Assembly (NCBI GenBank): GCA_963835065.1
Contig: CAWIEK010000033.1
Location: 1-64,000 of the forward strand
Source: an uncultured Chthonomonadaceae bacterium
GTDB lineage: Bacteria > Armatimonadota > Chthonomonadetes > Chthonomonadales > Chthonomonadaceae
DNA length: 64,000 bases
Reading direction: 5' to 3'
The notes under the pieces are model-generated. The model did no database searches, was not told where the DNA came from, and saw only the letters and a program-made list of their open reading frames with translations. Each line of letters opens with the position of its first letter. The first letter of the stretch is position 1. Of the stretch, positions 48,995 through 59,439 are shown one piece after another. The position numbers were made by a program, and so were the translations under genes.

Positions 48995-50024
48995 CTATCG
49001 GGCAAAGTTCTTATTTACTTCTTCGTCGGAGAAAGTCAGATTGCTTACCTGCCCCGTATCCTGCAGGATTTTGCCTGCAATGAGTTCGTTGGTCGGCGCA
49101 AGCGTGGCGAAGTGGCTGGCTCCCCTTATCTCGACGAAATGCGCTTTGGGATTCGTGGAGGCTTTTGCCATTGCCTGCAAACAGTCAATGTTGCCCTCCG
49201 TACCCTCAAAAACCCACACCGGCGATTGTATCGAGGATAGCCAATAGCCTGGCGACCTTAATTCAATCTCCTGCCGGTTCGAGGTGTCAAAAGGGAGAAA
49301 TGCAGAGTTGGTTCCATAACTGGCAACATCATCTATTGGGCCAAACGAAAAGACAGCGCGAAATCCGCCGGTAAACTCCGCGACAAGCAAAGCCAGGGTT
49401 CCCCCGGTGCTATGACCGCCCAGGTAGATGCGCTCTGGATCCACGTAACTTTGTGCTTCCAGATATCTCGCGGCGGCAAGAACATCGTCCACTTCGCCCA
49501 AAAAGCCTTCCTTGACGCCCGGATTGTTGTTACCGCCCCGCAGTGAAGGAAACATCATGATGATGCCCGCCTGACGAAAGGCTGCCGCTGTTTGATCGTT
49601 ACTGCGCGGGGCAGGCGACCAGACATCGCCAATCGAGTTGCAGTCACCCCCCGTAATCCAAATAATTGCCGGATGTTTGCTGCCGTCGCCGGGGTCGGGA
49701 GAAAGATAAGCCGCCAGATTGCCGGGCGGAGCCGGATAGGTAATGGTGCGGAAGAGGGCGGGCGGAGCGTTTTCAAACGGTTCCCTCGCAGCGTTTTTCG
49801 ACACCAACGTGGTCTCTGAAACCGCGCCGCGCTTCAGGCAGGGACGTCATCTGTTGAGAGCGCGTCTGACGCGGCGTACAGCCGGCGAGTAAGAGAAGTA
49901 ACAGCACCGCGGCATAAGCGAATGTGAAGGGCCTGCGTCTGAAGTCTTCAACTTCCGGCGCGCAAACAGGAACAACATTTAGCGACAAAAAGGCAGGAGC
50001 CGGCTTGAAACGGTCTTTTTTCAT
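48995..50024 (-). CDS. alpha/beta hydrolase (S9-like) lipoprotein (frameshift near 49810)
   Basis: LLLAGC lipobox, PSLRGGN, GEVDD, GHSTGG nucleophile motif. Confidence 0.82.
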
Positions 50025-50051
50025 CAGACAATGCCCCTCAAAAGTTGGCGA

Positions 50052-50705
50052 TTATACCGAGCCAAGGGTGTCATGCCACTCTTTGGCCTGGAGTTTGGCG
50101 AGGTGCGCCGCTTCGCGCTCCTGCTGCAAGGCTTCGTCGCTTGCCAGGCTGTCCTCGATCTCTTCGGCTTCCGTGGAAACGATGCGATCCGCAAACACGC
50201 AGCCCAGCCCCGCCGTCAGCCCCGTGCCGCACAACAGCAGCGCCTGCCAACTGAAACGCCATAACAGATTGATAACGCCCAGGCCGAGGAAATACAGGGA
50301 AGCCGCGCCGAAGTAACACCGCCGCGCCCATACGGTTCCCGGCTGCCGGGTTTCCACCACGCCCGCCGTCACCGACAAGCCCGCAACCGCCAGCAGCAGG
50401 AGGGTGCGAATCACTTCGTAGCTTTCGTAATTTAACTGCTGCGGCACTCCCGTTTGCGACAAACGCACAATATCGCGCAGGGCCAGAAACGATACGCCAT
50501 AACACAACGTAATCATCAGCAGATGCCGCAGGCGCGGATGTACCAGAATAGAGACGAGCAGCAGCGTCGCCAGGGGCAGCACTTCGATGTGGCTCTGGCT
50601 CCATTCGGTCAACGGGCGCTCGATGCTGACCGCCAGCAGCGCCAACCCCGCCGCAATGGAAGTTGTCCCGACAAACGACAGTTGTTGAACAGGCTTTGCA
50701 GTCAC
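50052..50705 (-). CDS. hypothetical multi-pass membrane protein
   Basis: About 6 hydrophobic segments and a charged tail; GAGGA RBS before GTG. Confidence 0.6.
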   Translation of the reverse strand: MTAKPVQQLSFVGTTSIAAGLALLAVSIERPLTEWSQSHIEVLPLATLLLVSILVHPRLRHLLMITLCYGVSFLALRDIVRLSQTGVPQQLNYESYEVIRTLLLLAVAGLSVTAGVVETRQPGTVWARRCYFGAASLYFLGLGVINLLWRFSWQALLLCGTGLTAGLGCVFADRIVSTEAEEIEDSLASDEALQQEREAAHLAKLQAKEWHDTLGSV

Positions 50706-51023
50706 AGAAGTTTCCTCGCAAACAACACTATCCGCTGCGTGGCAATGCGAATACAATCTGCAAAAAAGCCTTCGTTCACGCAAATTGCGACACTGCAACG
50801 TGAAATCAATGCTGAGAGAAGCCGAATTATATCAGTATACGGCTTCGATTCCCATCTGTCAACGCGCCGCAGCAAAGATTTACGCTCACAGACAGCCATT
50901 TGCCGCTTTTCATTGTCCTTACCTGTAATTTCCCGTATTTTTGCAGACGCGCCAAGACGATTATTTTTACCAAAAGCCCATTTCATACAGGAACCACGCT
51001 GCTTTTGTCGAATTATACAGACA

Positions 51024-51122
51024 TTAGGCACTAGATATTAGATATTGGATATTAGGGAAGAAGACAGAAGACAGAAGGCAGCAGCCTAACACCCGATACC
51101 CGACACCCGACACCCGACACCC
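51024..51122. repeat. composite microrepeat upstream of zwf: TTAGATA-type x4, (AGAAGAC)x2, (GACACCC)x5
   Basis: Same three-block layout as upstream of purH. Confidence 0.88.
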
Positions 51123-51142
51123 TACTCATTCCAGGAGTTGTT

Positions 51143-52813
51143 TTGACTATGACTACATCTTCCGCGCCCATGCCCGCCGCGCCGGTCAGCGCCGCGTTTC
51201 CCACCTCCATGACTGATCTGCTCAAGCGACCGGATGAGACCAATTGCTTTGTCATTTTCGGCGCGTCCGGCGACCTTACCAAGCGCAAATTGATTCCGGC
51301 CCTGTACAATCTGGCCTGCTCCGACCTGCTGCCCCGCGATTTCAAAGTGATCGGCTTTTCACTGACGCCGATGGACGACGCTTCATTTCGGGACGGCATG
51401 TGCCAGGCCGTGAAAGAAAGCCACGAAGCCAATCCCTTCGATGCCAAAATTTGGGACAAGTTCGTGCAGGGGCTGTACTATATCACGGCGGATTTCAAAT
51501 CGCCCGAAGGCTACCAAACCCTCAAGCAGCGATTGAGTGAGATCGAGCAGCATACCAATGCCCCCGACAACCGCCTGTTTTATCTTGCCACGCCGCCCAG
51601 TTTTTATGCCGACATCGCGGCGCGGCTTGGCGAGCATGGCCTGGCGGAAGTGAATGAGCAACGCCCGACGGGTTGGACGCGCATCATCATCGAAAAACCG
51701 TTCGGGCACGACCTGACGTCCGCGCAGGATTTGAATAATCGCCTGCACGACGTTTTTAAGGAAGAGCAGATTTACCGCATTGACCACTATTTAGGCAAGG
51801 AAACAGTTCAAAACATCCTCGCGTTCCGTTTCGCCAACGCCATCATCGAACCCATCTGGAACCGCAACTACATTGATCACGTTCAGATTACGGCTGCGGA
51901 AACCCTGGGCGTGGAGCATCGGGGCGGCTATTACGAGCAGGCGGGCGCGTTGCGCGATATGTTCCAGAACCACCTGCTGCAACTGATGACGATTGTGGCG
52001 ATGGAGCCGCCCGTGCGGTATGGCGGCAGCAGCGTCCGTGACCGCAAGGCGGACGTGATGAAAGCCATCGTGCCTATCAATCCCGAAAACATTGCGGAAA
52101 CAGCCGTGCGCGGGCAATACGGGCCGGGCCGCATGAACGATCTGAACATGGCGGGCTACCGCGAAGAGGAGGGCGTCAATCCCCTGTCGAACACGGAAAC
52201 TTTTGTCGCCATGAAACTGTTCGTGGACAACTGGCGGTGGGCGGAAGTGCCGTTTTATCTGCGTTCCGGTAAGCGCCTGCCCAACAAAGTGACCGAAATC
52301 GTGATTCAGTTCAAGCGCGTGCCGCACTTGTTCTTCCATTTGACGCCCGAAGACCAGATGGAGCCGAACCTGCTGACGATGCGTATCGCCCCGGACGAGG
52401 GCATTTCCCTGCGCTTCGGCGCGAAAGTGCCCGGCCCGGAAATGCACCTGCGGCAAGTACAGATGAATTTCAGTTACGCCGACGCCTTCAAAGTGGCTCC
52501 GGCAACCGCGTATGAAACCCTGCTGCTCGACGCGATGGCTGGCGACCCGACCCTGTTCAACCGCTCCGATCAAGTGGAAATGGCGTGGGGCGTTCTGGAA
52601 CCCCTCATAGACATCTGGTCTGCCACCAAGCCCTTCCAGCCGTTCCCGAACTATGCGGCGGGAACGTGGGGGCCGTCCGCCGCCGACGCCTTAGTCGCCC
52701 GCGACGGACGCGCCTGGCGCAACGCCCCCGCGTCCATCCCCTCCCACCAGACGCAGGCCAAAGTGGAAATCGCCCACGAAGGCGAGCCGATGGGAGCAAG
52801 AAGGACGAAGTAA
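51143..52813 (+). CDS. zwf: glucose-6-phosphate 1-dehydrogenase
   Basis: [41 protein letters not shown]. Confidence 0.97.
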   Translation: MTMTTSSAPMPAAPVSAAFPTSMTDLLKRPDETNCFVIFGASGDLTKRKLIPALYNLACSDLLPRDFKVIGFSLTPMDDASFRDGMCQAVKESHEANPFDAKIWDKFVQGLYYITADFKSPEGYQTLKQRLSEIEQHTNAPDNRLFYLATPPSFYADIAARLGEHGLAEVNEQRPTGWTRIIIEKPFGHDLTSAQDLNNRLHDVFKEEQIYRIDHYLGKETVQNILAFRFANAIIEPIWNRNYIDHVQITAAETLGVEHRGGYYEQAGALRDMFQNHLLQLMTIVAMEPPVRYGGSSVRDRKADVMKAIVPINPENIAETAVRGQYGPGRMNDLNMAGYREEEGVNPLSNTETFVAMKLFVDNWRWAEVPFYLRSGKRLPNKVTEIVIQFKRVPHLFFHLTPEDQMEPNLLTMRIAPDEGISLRFGAKVPGPEMHLRQVQMNFSYADAFKVAPATAYETLLLDAMAGDPTLFNRSDQVEMAWGVLEPLIDIWSATKPFQPFPNYAAGTWGPSAADALVARDGRAWRNAPASIPSHQTQAKVEIAHEGEPMGARRTK

Positions 52814-52943
52814 AGGTGTCAGGTGTCAGGTGTCAGGTGTCAGGGAATACGCTACTTATTTCTTGCGCTTACTTACAGTAACATCAATGTAAGGAGAGAC
52901 AATTCCCTGACACCTGATACCTGACACCTGACACCTGACACCT
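52814..52943. mobile_element. MITE-like cassette A: (AGGTGTC)x4, 67-nt core, (GACACCT)x5
   Basis: Inverted heptamer arms starting immediately after the zwf TAA; core homologous to 56254-56320. Confidence 0.75.
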
Positions 52944-52953
52944 CGGAGCCACC

Positions 52954-53808
52954 ATGTCCCGTACCATCACCGTCATTACGCCGGAAAATATGACCATCAC
53001 GTATCAGGCGGCGGGGATTGCCTCGCGGTTTATGGCCGTGATCGTGGATTTGCTTATCCAGCTGGCGAGCATTTTGCTGGTGCGGTTGGGCGTACAATCC
53101 CTCGTGGGGGGCGGGCATAGCAGTGTCGGGCCGTCCAGCTTGGTTTCCACAGTGGGTATTATCATCGTCGGGATTGTGATACCGTTTGTGTACTCAATCT
53201 TCTTTGAAATAGTGTGGAGCGGCAGAACGCCGGGCAAGCGCTTGTTCGGGCTGCGAACCGTGCGCGACGGCGGCTATCCCATCAACTTTTTCAGCAGCGT
53301 CGTGCGCAATATACTGCGTATCATTGATTTCGGCTTATTGCCGCTTTCCACGCCCCTGGTTTTGTGCGGCCTGCCGGGATTGGCCTGCATGTTTCTCAGT
53401 CCCACATACAAGCGCATCGGGGATTACGCGGCGGGAACGCTGGTGGTAGTGGACAACAATGCGCCCGTGAATACAGGTCTCAGCGTGAGCGCCGGTCCCA
53501 AAAGAAAAGGTAAACTCAAAGCCGACGCGCACATTCAAGCCAGTATAGAGGCTGAAGCCGTTGCCGCGTTTGTGCCGCTTGTCCGAAACATCGAGCGCCT
53601 GACCCGCGAGGAGTACGAACTCATACGGCGCTTTACCACGCGCAGGCGGCAGTTCGATCCCCTCATTCGCGCCGGCCTTGCGGAACGATTGGCGCGTCCC
53701 CTACTGGCAAAATTAGACATGAACATTGCCATTCACTATCAACTCCAATACCTGGACATACTGCAGGCCATTGAGCGCCGCTTTGCGGAGGAGCGTGGCC
53801 TATTGTGA
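52954..53808 (+). CDS. RDD family membrane protein
   Basis: TPEN...AGIASRFMAVIVD, GRTPGKR, RNILRIID, KRIGDYAAGT. Confidence 0.9.
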   Translation: MSRTITVITPENMTITYQAAGIASRFMAVIVDLLIQLASILLVRLGVQSLVGGGHSSVGPSSLVSTVGIIIVGIVIPFVYSIFFEIVWSGRTPGKRLFGLRTVRDGGYPINFFSSVVRNILRIIDFGLLPLSTPLVLCGLPGLACMFLSPTYKRIGDYAAGTLVVVDNNAPVNTGLSVSAGPKRKGKLKADAHIQASIEAEAVAAFVPLVRNIERLTREEYELIRRFTTRRRQFDPLIRAGLAERLARPLLAKLDMNIAIHYQLQYLDILQAIERRFAEERGLL

Positions 53809-56234
53809 TGCCAGCCGACACTTTTCCCCCGGACGATAACGCCATCTCAGGCGAGAGCGCCATTTCAGACGATAATGCCATTTCAGGCGAGAGCGCTACT
53901 TCAGGCGAGAACGTCATTATAGACGAGAACACCCTTCCAAGCGAGAACGTCATTTCTGAGGGTGAAATCCCAACGCCGCCTGCCGCGCCGCCCCCGACTG
54001 TTTCCCTTTCTTTCGGACAGACATTGCGCTCTGCGCTGCTGCCTGTCGCTGCGTTCCTGCTTGTCGGCTTGCTGTGGGGCTTGCGCGTGACGGCGCAGGC
54101 CACGCTGCCGCATATCTTTCAGCCGGGCGATTACGTCAATTTTCAGGGCGTCGTGGATGGCCTGCCCGTGCCGCGCCCGCTTGCCTGGAATGTGGAAGCC
54201 ATGGACTTGCTGGCAACGCTGCGCGACCTGTCCGGCATGTCGCTGCTGCTTGCCATTTTGTTCGTTTTCGGTCCCCTGTGGCTGATTATCCTGCGCCGCG
54301 TCAACCCCACCTTCCGCCTTGTCAGCCATGCGCCTGCCGCATCATTTTCCGCGCCCAATTCTGCCGCGCCCAATTCTAATGAAACTCCCGCATCCGGTTC
54401 ACCTGTTCCCGCCGCGCTGTCCACCCAAACACCGAATACCGAACACCGAACACCGAACACCGGGGTTTCCCGGATTACCGCTTCTTCCGCTTTGTCTACG
54501 CCGCTTGAATTTTACGGATTGGTGAAAGCGCTTTCCGTGCTTGCGATTACGGGAGTGCCGATTGCCGCCGCGTGGATACTGTTGGATTGGGATGATCTCG
54601 GCGGGTCATTGGCGGGCGGCAGCCTTGCCGCCAACAATCCGCCTTTGATCGGTTCCGTGTGGGCGCTGCGGCTTGCGTTGATCGGTATCGCGTTTTGGAT
54701 TGGCTTTCATCGGGACGGACTGGCAGGCGATTTCACGCGCCCCGAATGGAACCCGACGCGCTCCAAACTGCCGTTCCTTGCTCTGCGCGGCGCGTGTTTC
54801 GGCCTGCTGGCGTTTGCCGTTTGCCGCATTGCCCTGCCGCAGCATATAGAGGACGCGCTCCTGCGCCTGCAAACCCTGGGCGACTTCAACAGGGCGGCGT
54901 GGAACCGGATTGCCGCGCATGTTCTGCTCGGTTTTGCCCTGGCCTGGCTTGCCATCGGGAGCATTTTTGTCTTTCTCAGCCCACCGCCCCATGTTCGCGC
55001 CCATCGCGCTCTGCTGTGCCTGCCCCTGCTTGCCTGCATAGTGGCGGGAATTTATCAGCGCCGTCTTGCCCCGCAAGTTCTGGCCGCGCGTTATGATATG
55101 CGCCCCGCCGTGCTGCAAGCCATCCCGGAAAATGGTTCGTACCGCCCGAATGTTCCCGCTTCCGGCGTTCCTGACGGCACAGCCGCCGCAATGGAAATGG
55201 CGAGGCAATTGCATCTGCCGTTGGGTACGCGAACCGATGATCCGAATACGGCTTTATCGGGCCGCACATTGGCGCTGTTTGCGCCTCCCCGTTCGCTCAT
55301 GAGATTACTTTCTTCTGTAAGCGGTGTGCCTCCCCCATCCGATCCAAGCCAACCTCTATTCGTGTACCAGAACAATATGACGCTTGACGGACTTGCCCCG
55401 GACGCCGCTTCCGCCGGTCGGATAACGAGTTTTCTTGAGCAGCGCGGGTACGAATCCGCCCTCTCGTGGATGGCGCTGAGGACGCTGTTCAACTTCCCCC
55501 TACTCCGCTTTGATACAACCGGGGCCATTCGCGCCAGCCTGCAAGATTTGACGCATTATCCGCATAACGCGCAGTTTGCCATAACGCTGGAGCAAATGTT
55601 CGCCATCTGCGCCGCTACGCCGGAAAACTTAGCCTTGCTCGATCAATGGGCGGACGAAACGCATTTCGCTTTTCCAGACCGGGAAAGCCGCCGCCTGATG
55701 GGAGATTTGTACCGGCGCTTCGGCAGTATTGAAAAAGCCTTAACATGGTATCGCAAAGCCGATATGCCTTCCTCGTTCTTAGATCGTATCCGCAGGGAAA
55801 CGCCCGTGCTGCGCACCGGGTACATTCAGGGCGTTCTGCGCTGGAACGGACGCCCGCTTGTCGGCGCGCAGGTCGCCGTCGTTCCGTCCCTGATGGATGG
55901 CCTGCCATCCGGCATGGAAATGCCGGTTTCGCAGGCGTTCGCGGGCATGGCAAACATCCCGCCCCGCGCCAATCCCGGCCTGTTCCCCGCTTACCATCCC
56001 TACCCCTGGCAGTTCCGCTGGATCAGCGCGACGGCCACAACGGACAGCCGGGGCGCGTACCGCATTGACCATCTCATACAGGGAACCTACAACGCCCTTT
56101 GTACGCTTCCCCCCGATGTGAAACCGACCCTGCCGTTCGACAATCGCCTGCAAATCATCCATCCCATCCCGCGCTTCAATCTGTACTCGGAACAAACATT
56201 TTTTGATGCGGGAACGACGGAATTCAAGTGGTAG
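53805..56234 (+). CDS. large hypothetical membrane protein with TPR-like and carboxypeptidase-regulatory-like C-terminal regions
   Basis: About 7 TM segments, MGDLYRRFG...ALTWYRKA, G.L.WNGRPL...TTDSRGAY. Confidence 0.65.
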   Translation: MMPADTFPPDDNAISGESAISDDNAISGESATSGENVIIDENTLPSENVISEGEIPTPPAAPPPTVSLSFGQTLRSALLPVAAFLLVGLLWGLRVTAQATLPHIFQPGDYVNFQGVVDGLPVPRPLAWNVEAMDLLATLRDLSGMSLLLAILFVFGPLWLIILRRVNPTFRLVSHAPAASFSAPNSAAPNSNETPASGSPVPAALSTQTPNTEHRTPNTGVSRITASSALSTPLEFYGLVKALSVLAITGVPIAAAWILLDWDDLGGSLAGGSLAANNPPLIGSVWALRLALIGIAFWIGFHRDGLAGDFTRPEWNPTRSKLPFLALRGACFGLLAFAVCRIALPQHIEDALLRLQTLGDFNRAAWNRIAAHVLLGFALAWLAIGSIFVFLSPPPHVRAHRALLCLPLLACIVAGIYQRRLAPQVLAARYDMRPAVLQAIPENGSYRPNVPASGVPDGTAAAMEMARQLHLPLGTRTDDPNTALSGRTLALFAPPRSLMRLLSSVSGVPPPSDPSQPLFVYQNNMTLDGLAPDAASAGRITSFLEQRGYESALSWMALRTLFNFPLLRFDTTGAIRASLQDLTHYPHNAQFAITLEQMFAICAATPENLALLDQWADETHFAFPDRESRRLMGDLYRRFGSIEKALTWYRKADMPSSFLDRIRRETPVLRTGYIQGVLRWNGRPLVGAQVAVVPSLMDGLPSGMEMPVSQAFAGMANIPPRANPGLFPAYHPYPWQFRWISATATTDSRGAYRIDHLIQGTYNALCTLPPDVKPTLPFDNRLQIIHPIPRFNLYSEQTFFDAGTTEFKW
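53832..53957 (+). repeat. 18-nt degenerate coding tandem repeat x7
   Basis: DDNAIS GESAIS DDNAIS GESATS GENVII DENTLP SENVIS. Confidence 0.8.
54428..54461. repeat. (AACACCG)x5 in frame
   Basis: Encodes TPNTEHRTPNT in a Pro/Ala-rich loop. Confidence 0.85.
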
Positions 56235-56358
56235 GTTTCAGGTTTCAGGTGTCAGGGAATACGCTTTCATCGCCTACGACGGCTCATAGCAACACCAAAA
56301 CGGGCAAGAAACGCTTTCCTGAAACCTGAAACCTGAAACCTGAAACCTGAAACCTACC
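56230..56358. mobile_element. MITE-like cassette B: (AGGTTTC)x2 AGGTGTC, 67-nt core, (GAAACCT)x5
   Basis: Left arm overlaps the TAG of the upstream gene; core starts agggaatacgct like cassette A. Confidence 0.75.
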
Positions 56359-56367
56359 GAGGTAGCC

Positions 56368-57150
56368 ATGACCGACATTGACATCAACTACGTGCAGCAG
56401 GTAGCCCGTGAAGCGGGAAACCTTGCCATATCCATGCTCGACGGCATGAAGCCGGAACTGAAAGCCGACAGTTCTTACGTCACCAACATTGACCGCGACG
56501 TGGAACAGTTTGTCCGCGCCCGGTTAGAGGAGCGTTACCCGGATTTTGCGTTTTTAGGGGAGGAGTTCGGGCGGCATGGCGAGGCGGACGCGCCGCTGTG
56601 GGCGGTAGACCCGATTGACGGCACGACCAATCTCGTCTTCGGGCTTCCCATCTGGTGCGTATCCATCGGGCTTATCGTGCAGGGCGAAGCCGTCGCGGGA
56701 GCCATTTACATGCCCCGGACAGGCGATATGTTTCACGGCGAACGGGGCAAGGGCGGCTACTGCAACGGCGTCCGCCTGAACGTCACGGACAGAGACAGTC
56801 TGCATGTGGAAGACACATTAGGCTTTACCAGCACCGCCCTGAAAAGACTGGAAGTTTCCTTTTTAGAAGGCCGCATACGCTGTCTGGGCAGCATTGCCCT
56901 TGACATCGCCTTTACTGCTCGCGGAACCCTCTGCGGCTTGATTGGCTGGAACGAGGGCGCGTATGACATGGCCGCCGCCCTGTGCATTGCCAGAGAAGCG
57001 GGCTGCGTCGCCCAGCATTTCTCCGGCGAACCGCTCGACATGGCCCGCTTGCTGCGCGAAGGCAAAACCTACGCGCCCTTCACCGTCGCCCCGCCCCGCC
57101 TCACCGCCTACCTCCAGGCAAACCTGCACCCCAAAGCCGGGAAGGAATAA
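56368..57150 (+). CDS. inositol monophosphatase family protein
   Basis: VTNID, LGEE, WAVDPIDGTTN, YDMAA. Confidence 0.92.
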   Translation: MTDIDINYVQQVAREAGNLAISMLDGMKPELKADSSYVTNIDRDVEQFVRARLEERYPDFAFLGEEFGRHGEADAPLWAVDPIDGTTNLVFGLPIWCVSIGLIVQGEAVAGAIYMPRTGDMFHGERGKGGYCNGVRLNVTDRDSLHVEDTLGFTSTALKRLEVSFLEGRIRCLGSIALDIAFTARGTLCGLIGWNEGAYDMAAALCIAREAGCVAQHFSGEPLDMARLLREGKTYAPFTVAPPRLTAYLQANLHPKAGKE

Positions 57151-57633
57151 AGAAAAGGAGAAAAGGAGAAAAGGAGAAGAAAAAGGGAATGAAGATTACG
57201 CACCATAGAGAACTGGACGTGTATAAGAAGGCAATGAATGCCGCCATGCACATTTTTCAGGAGAGTAAAACATTTCCGAAGGATGAAACCTACTCGCTCA
57301 CGGATCAGTTACGGCGTTCTTCGCGTTCTGTTTGTGCCAACCTCGCGGAAGCATGGCGCAGACGTCGCTACGAAGCCGCTTTTGTCGCCAAACTCAACGA
57401 ATGTGAAGCCGAAGCCGCCGAAACACAAACATGGCTGGAATTTGCCGTTCGCTGCGACTACTTGGATGCAGACAAAGGCAAAGAGCTTTATCAGAGCTAT
57501 AACGAGATTCTTGCCATGCTTTCTGCCATGATTTACAATCCTGCGCCCTGGCTTATTCCCCTTGCTTCTCATCCAAACAAAGGAACATAGAAATGTTTTC
57601 CCTTCTCCTTTTCTCCTTTTCTCCTTTTCTTTA
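57148..57633. mobile_element. repeat-bounded cassette with 32-bp perfect TIR, TAA(AGAAAAGG)x3AGAAG, carrying a four-helix-bundle gene
   Basis: 57148-57179 is the exact reverse complement of 57602-57633; the outer triplets are the stop codons of both flanking convergent genes. Confidence 0.7.
57189..57590 (+). CDS. four helix bundle protein (23S rRNA intervening-sequence protein / Avd-like family)
   Basis: LDVYKKA, FPKDETYSLTDQLRRSSRSVCANLAEAW, EAAETQTWLEFA; visibly AT-richer than its neighbours. Confidence 0.92.
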   Translation: MKITHHRELDVYKKAMNAAMHIFQESKTFPKDETYSLTDQLRRSSRSVCANLAEAWRRRRYEAAFVAKLNECEAEAAETQTWLEFAVRCDYLDADKGKELYQSYNEILAMLSAMIYNPAPWLIPLASHPNKGT

Positions 57634-58497
57634 CTTCGGTTTTACTCCTGCACGGTTGAAGATGGTATCAAGAGCGGTAGCAACGGTTTGCAGGCGGGCG
57701 TCGTCGGAGGGCAGGGCGGCCAGTTCTTTGGCGAAGGGTTCGGCGACAACCGGGCCGTCATAGCCGATGGCTTGCAGGGCTTGCAGGAAGCCGGCGATGT
57801 TGATAACGCCGGTTGCGCCGGGCAGGCCGCGTATGTTGTCTACCTGCGCGTCGGTTTCCACGCCTGCGGGCGCGTCGTTGACGTGAACATAAACCACTTG
57901 TTCGGGTGTCAGGCTGTGCAGTTCTTCCACTGTGCCGTGTGACGTGTGCCAGTGCCAGCAGTCCAGCAGCAGGCCGACATTGGGGCCGATTTGCGCCGCC
58001 ATGTCCAGCATTTGCGACATTGTATGGACAAACGGGTACTTCTGGCTGTCGCGCAGGGTTTTGGGGCCGATGAATTCCAGACCGAGGGACACGCCTTCAT
58101 GGGCTAAAATGCGGGCAATGGGCTGGAAACGCGCGATGTGGAAAGCAAGGTTTTCCTCCCAATCGCGCTCGTTGGAACCGGGCATGATCCACGTAGACAC
58201 GCGGGTTCCGCCAATCGCGGCAGACGCTCTGGCAAGCCGGGGCAAATCGTCCAGTTCCGCGCGCCATTTTGCTTCGGGACCGCGCCAGTCCGTCGGCAAT
58301 CCCCACCCCGCCGGTTTCACCTTCGCGCCCGCAAACAGGTTTTTCACGGCTTCCGCGCCCTGCTGCTCAATCAGAGTCGCCACTTCCTGTGGGCTGAACT
58401 CCACGCCTGCGAACCCGTGCTTCGCCGCCAGCGCAATCGCGTTGGGCAAATTGCCCGCGTGGACGCCAATAGCTCCCGCGCTTAATGCTTTATACAT
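57631..58497 (-). CDS. sugar phosphate isomerase/epimerase (xylose isomerase-like TIM barrel)
   Basis: GFAGVEF, LGLEF, LLDCWH, VHVND, GYDGPVVAEPF. Confidence 0.88.
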   Translation of the reverse strand: MYKALSAGAIGVHAGNLPNAIALAAKHGFAGVEFSPQEVATLIEQQGAEAVKNLFAGAKVKPAGWGLPTDWRGPEAKWRAELDDLPRLARASAAIGGTRVSTWIMPGSNERDWEENLAFHIARFQPIARILAHEGVSLGLEFIGPKTLRDSQKYPFVHTMSQMLDMAAQIGPNVGLLLDCWHWHTSHGTVEELHSLTPEQVVYVHVNDAPAGVETDAQVDNIRGLPGATGVINIAGFLQALQAIGYDGPVVAEPFAKELAALPSDDARLQTVATALDTIFNRAGVKPK

Positions 58498-58548
58498 GGT
58501 ACAATCCTCCAAGATTGAAGTTAATTTGAGGTGACATATTTAGACACG

Positions 58549-59351
58549 CTATTCGGCGCTGTCACTATGATTTCCTGCGCTGAGGCCAGCGCGCAGCAAT
58601 TGTTGCGGTTCGGAAGCGGTGTTTTGGGCGGGACGGAGGAGAATATCGGGAGTGTTGAAATGGCTGTCAGCCGCGCGCAGCAGCGTGTGCCGGACTTCCT
58701 GCCGCTCGGCGTTGGCTTGCAAAAATGGCAGGCACTCCTGCGCGGCATAAATGACTTCAGGTTTAGCTTTGGCTTTGCCCCTGATTTTGCCTTCCGTTTT
58801 CCGGTTTGCCAAAGTTTGCACGGCGTTCCAATCGCGCAGGTCGCCAACCTGTTCTAATGCGTGAAGCAAAATCAGCGTAAGTTCCGCGTCCTGTTGCTTG
58901 AAAATGCCGTGCAGATGCTGACGCTGCGTGGTACTGAGTAAATCGGAGTCTGTAGCCTGCAAACGCGGCAGCAGTATTTTAAGCGCTTCGCGGGCAATTT
59001 TCTTCAGTTCCACATCTTCAAAGCCAAGCACATCCGCCATTGCGCCGCACGCCTGTTTATCCTCTATGGTGGCGAGTTGTTTTACCAGTGCTTTTCGTTT
59101 GATCTGCTGTTGATGGTATTTGCAATAATCATTACAGCGATGTTGACAGCCTGCATACCGGCATTGACAATCATTGGATTGTTGTGCCAATGCAGCAGGT
59201 AAGCCAACAGGAAGTAGAGCGGCAGCGTTACCAGCCAGGCGACCACAACGCCAATGCGCAGTTTGCGCAATCTTCTGGCCTTACGCGCTTCGTGCTTCAT
59301 TGCCGTCAGCAGGTCTTCTATTTCCAGCGATGTTGTGTCTGATGCTTCCAT
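58549..59351 (-). CDS. hypothetical membrane-anchored HEAT-like protein with triple LLR C-terminal motif (frameshift near 59120)
   Basis: TM in 59082-59351; ILLHALEQVGD; tail TLLRAA...ILLRP...SEPQQLLRAGL. Confidence 0.65.
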
Positions 59352-59439
59352 AGCCTGTTGATTCGCCGTTTCGCCGCGTTTTCCCTGTGCGTTTCGTTCG
59401 TAATTGGTACAGGTTCTCTGCTATTTCTGTCACGATGCT

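Noticed and set aside
56982..57633. Diversity-generating retroelement around the Avd-like gene, and the 202-aa ORF version
   Set aside because: No reverse transcriptase and no TR/VR pair differing at adenines; the upstream extension overlaps the IMPase gene and the repeat arm, so the start is placed at 57189.
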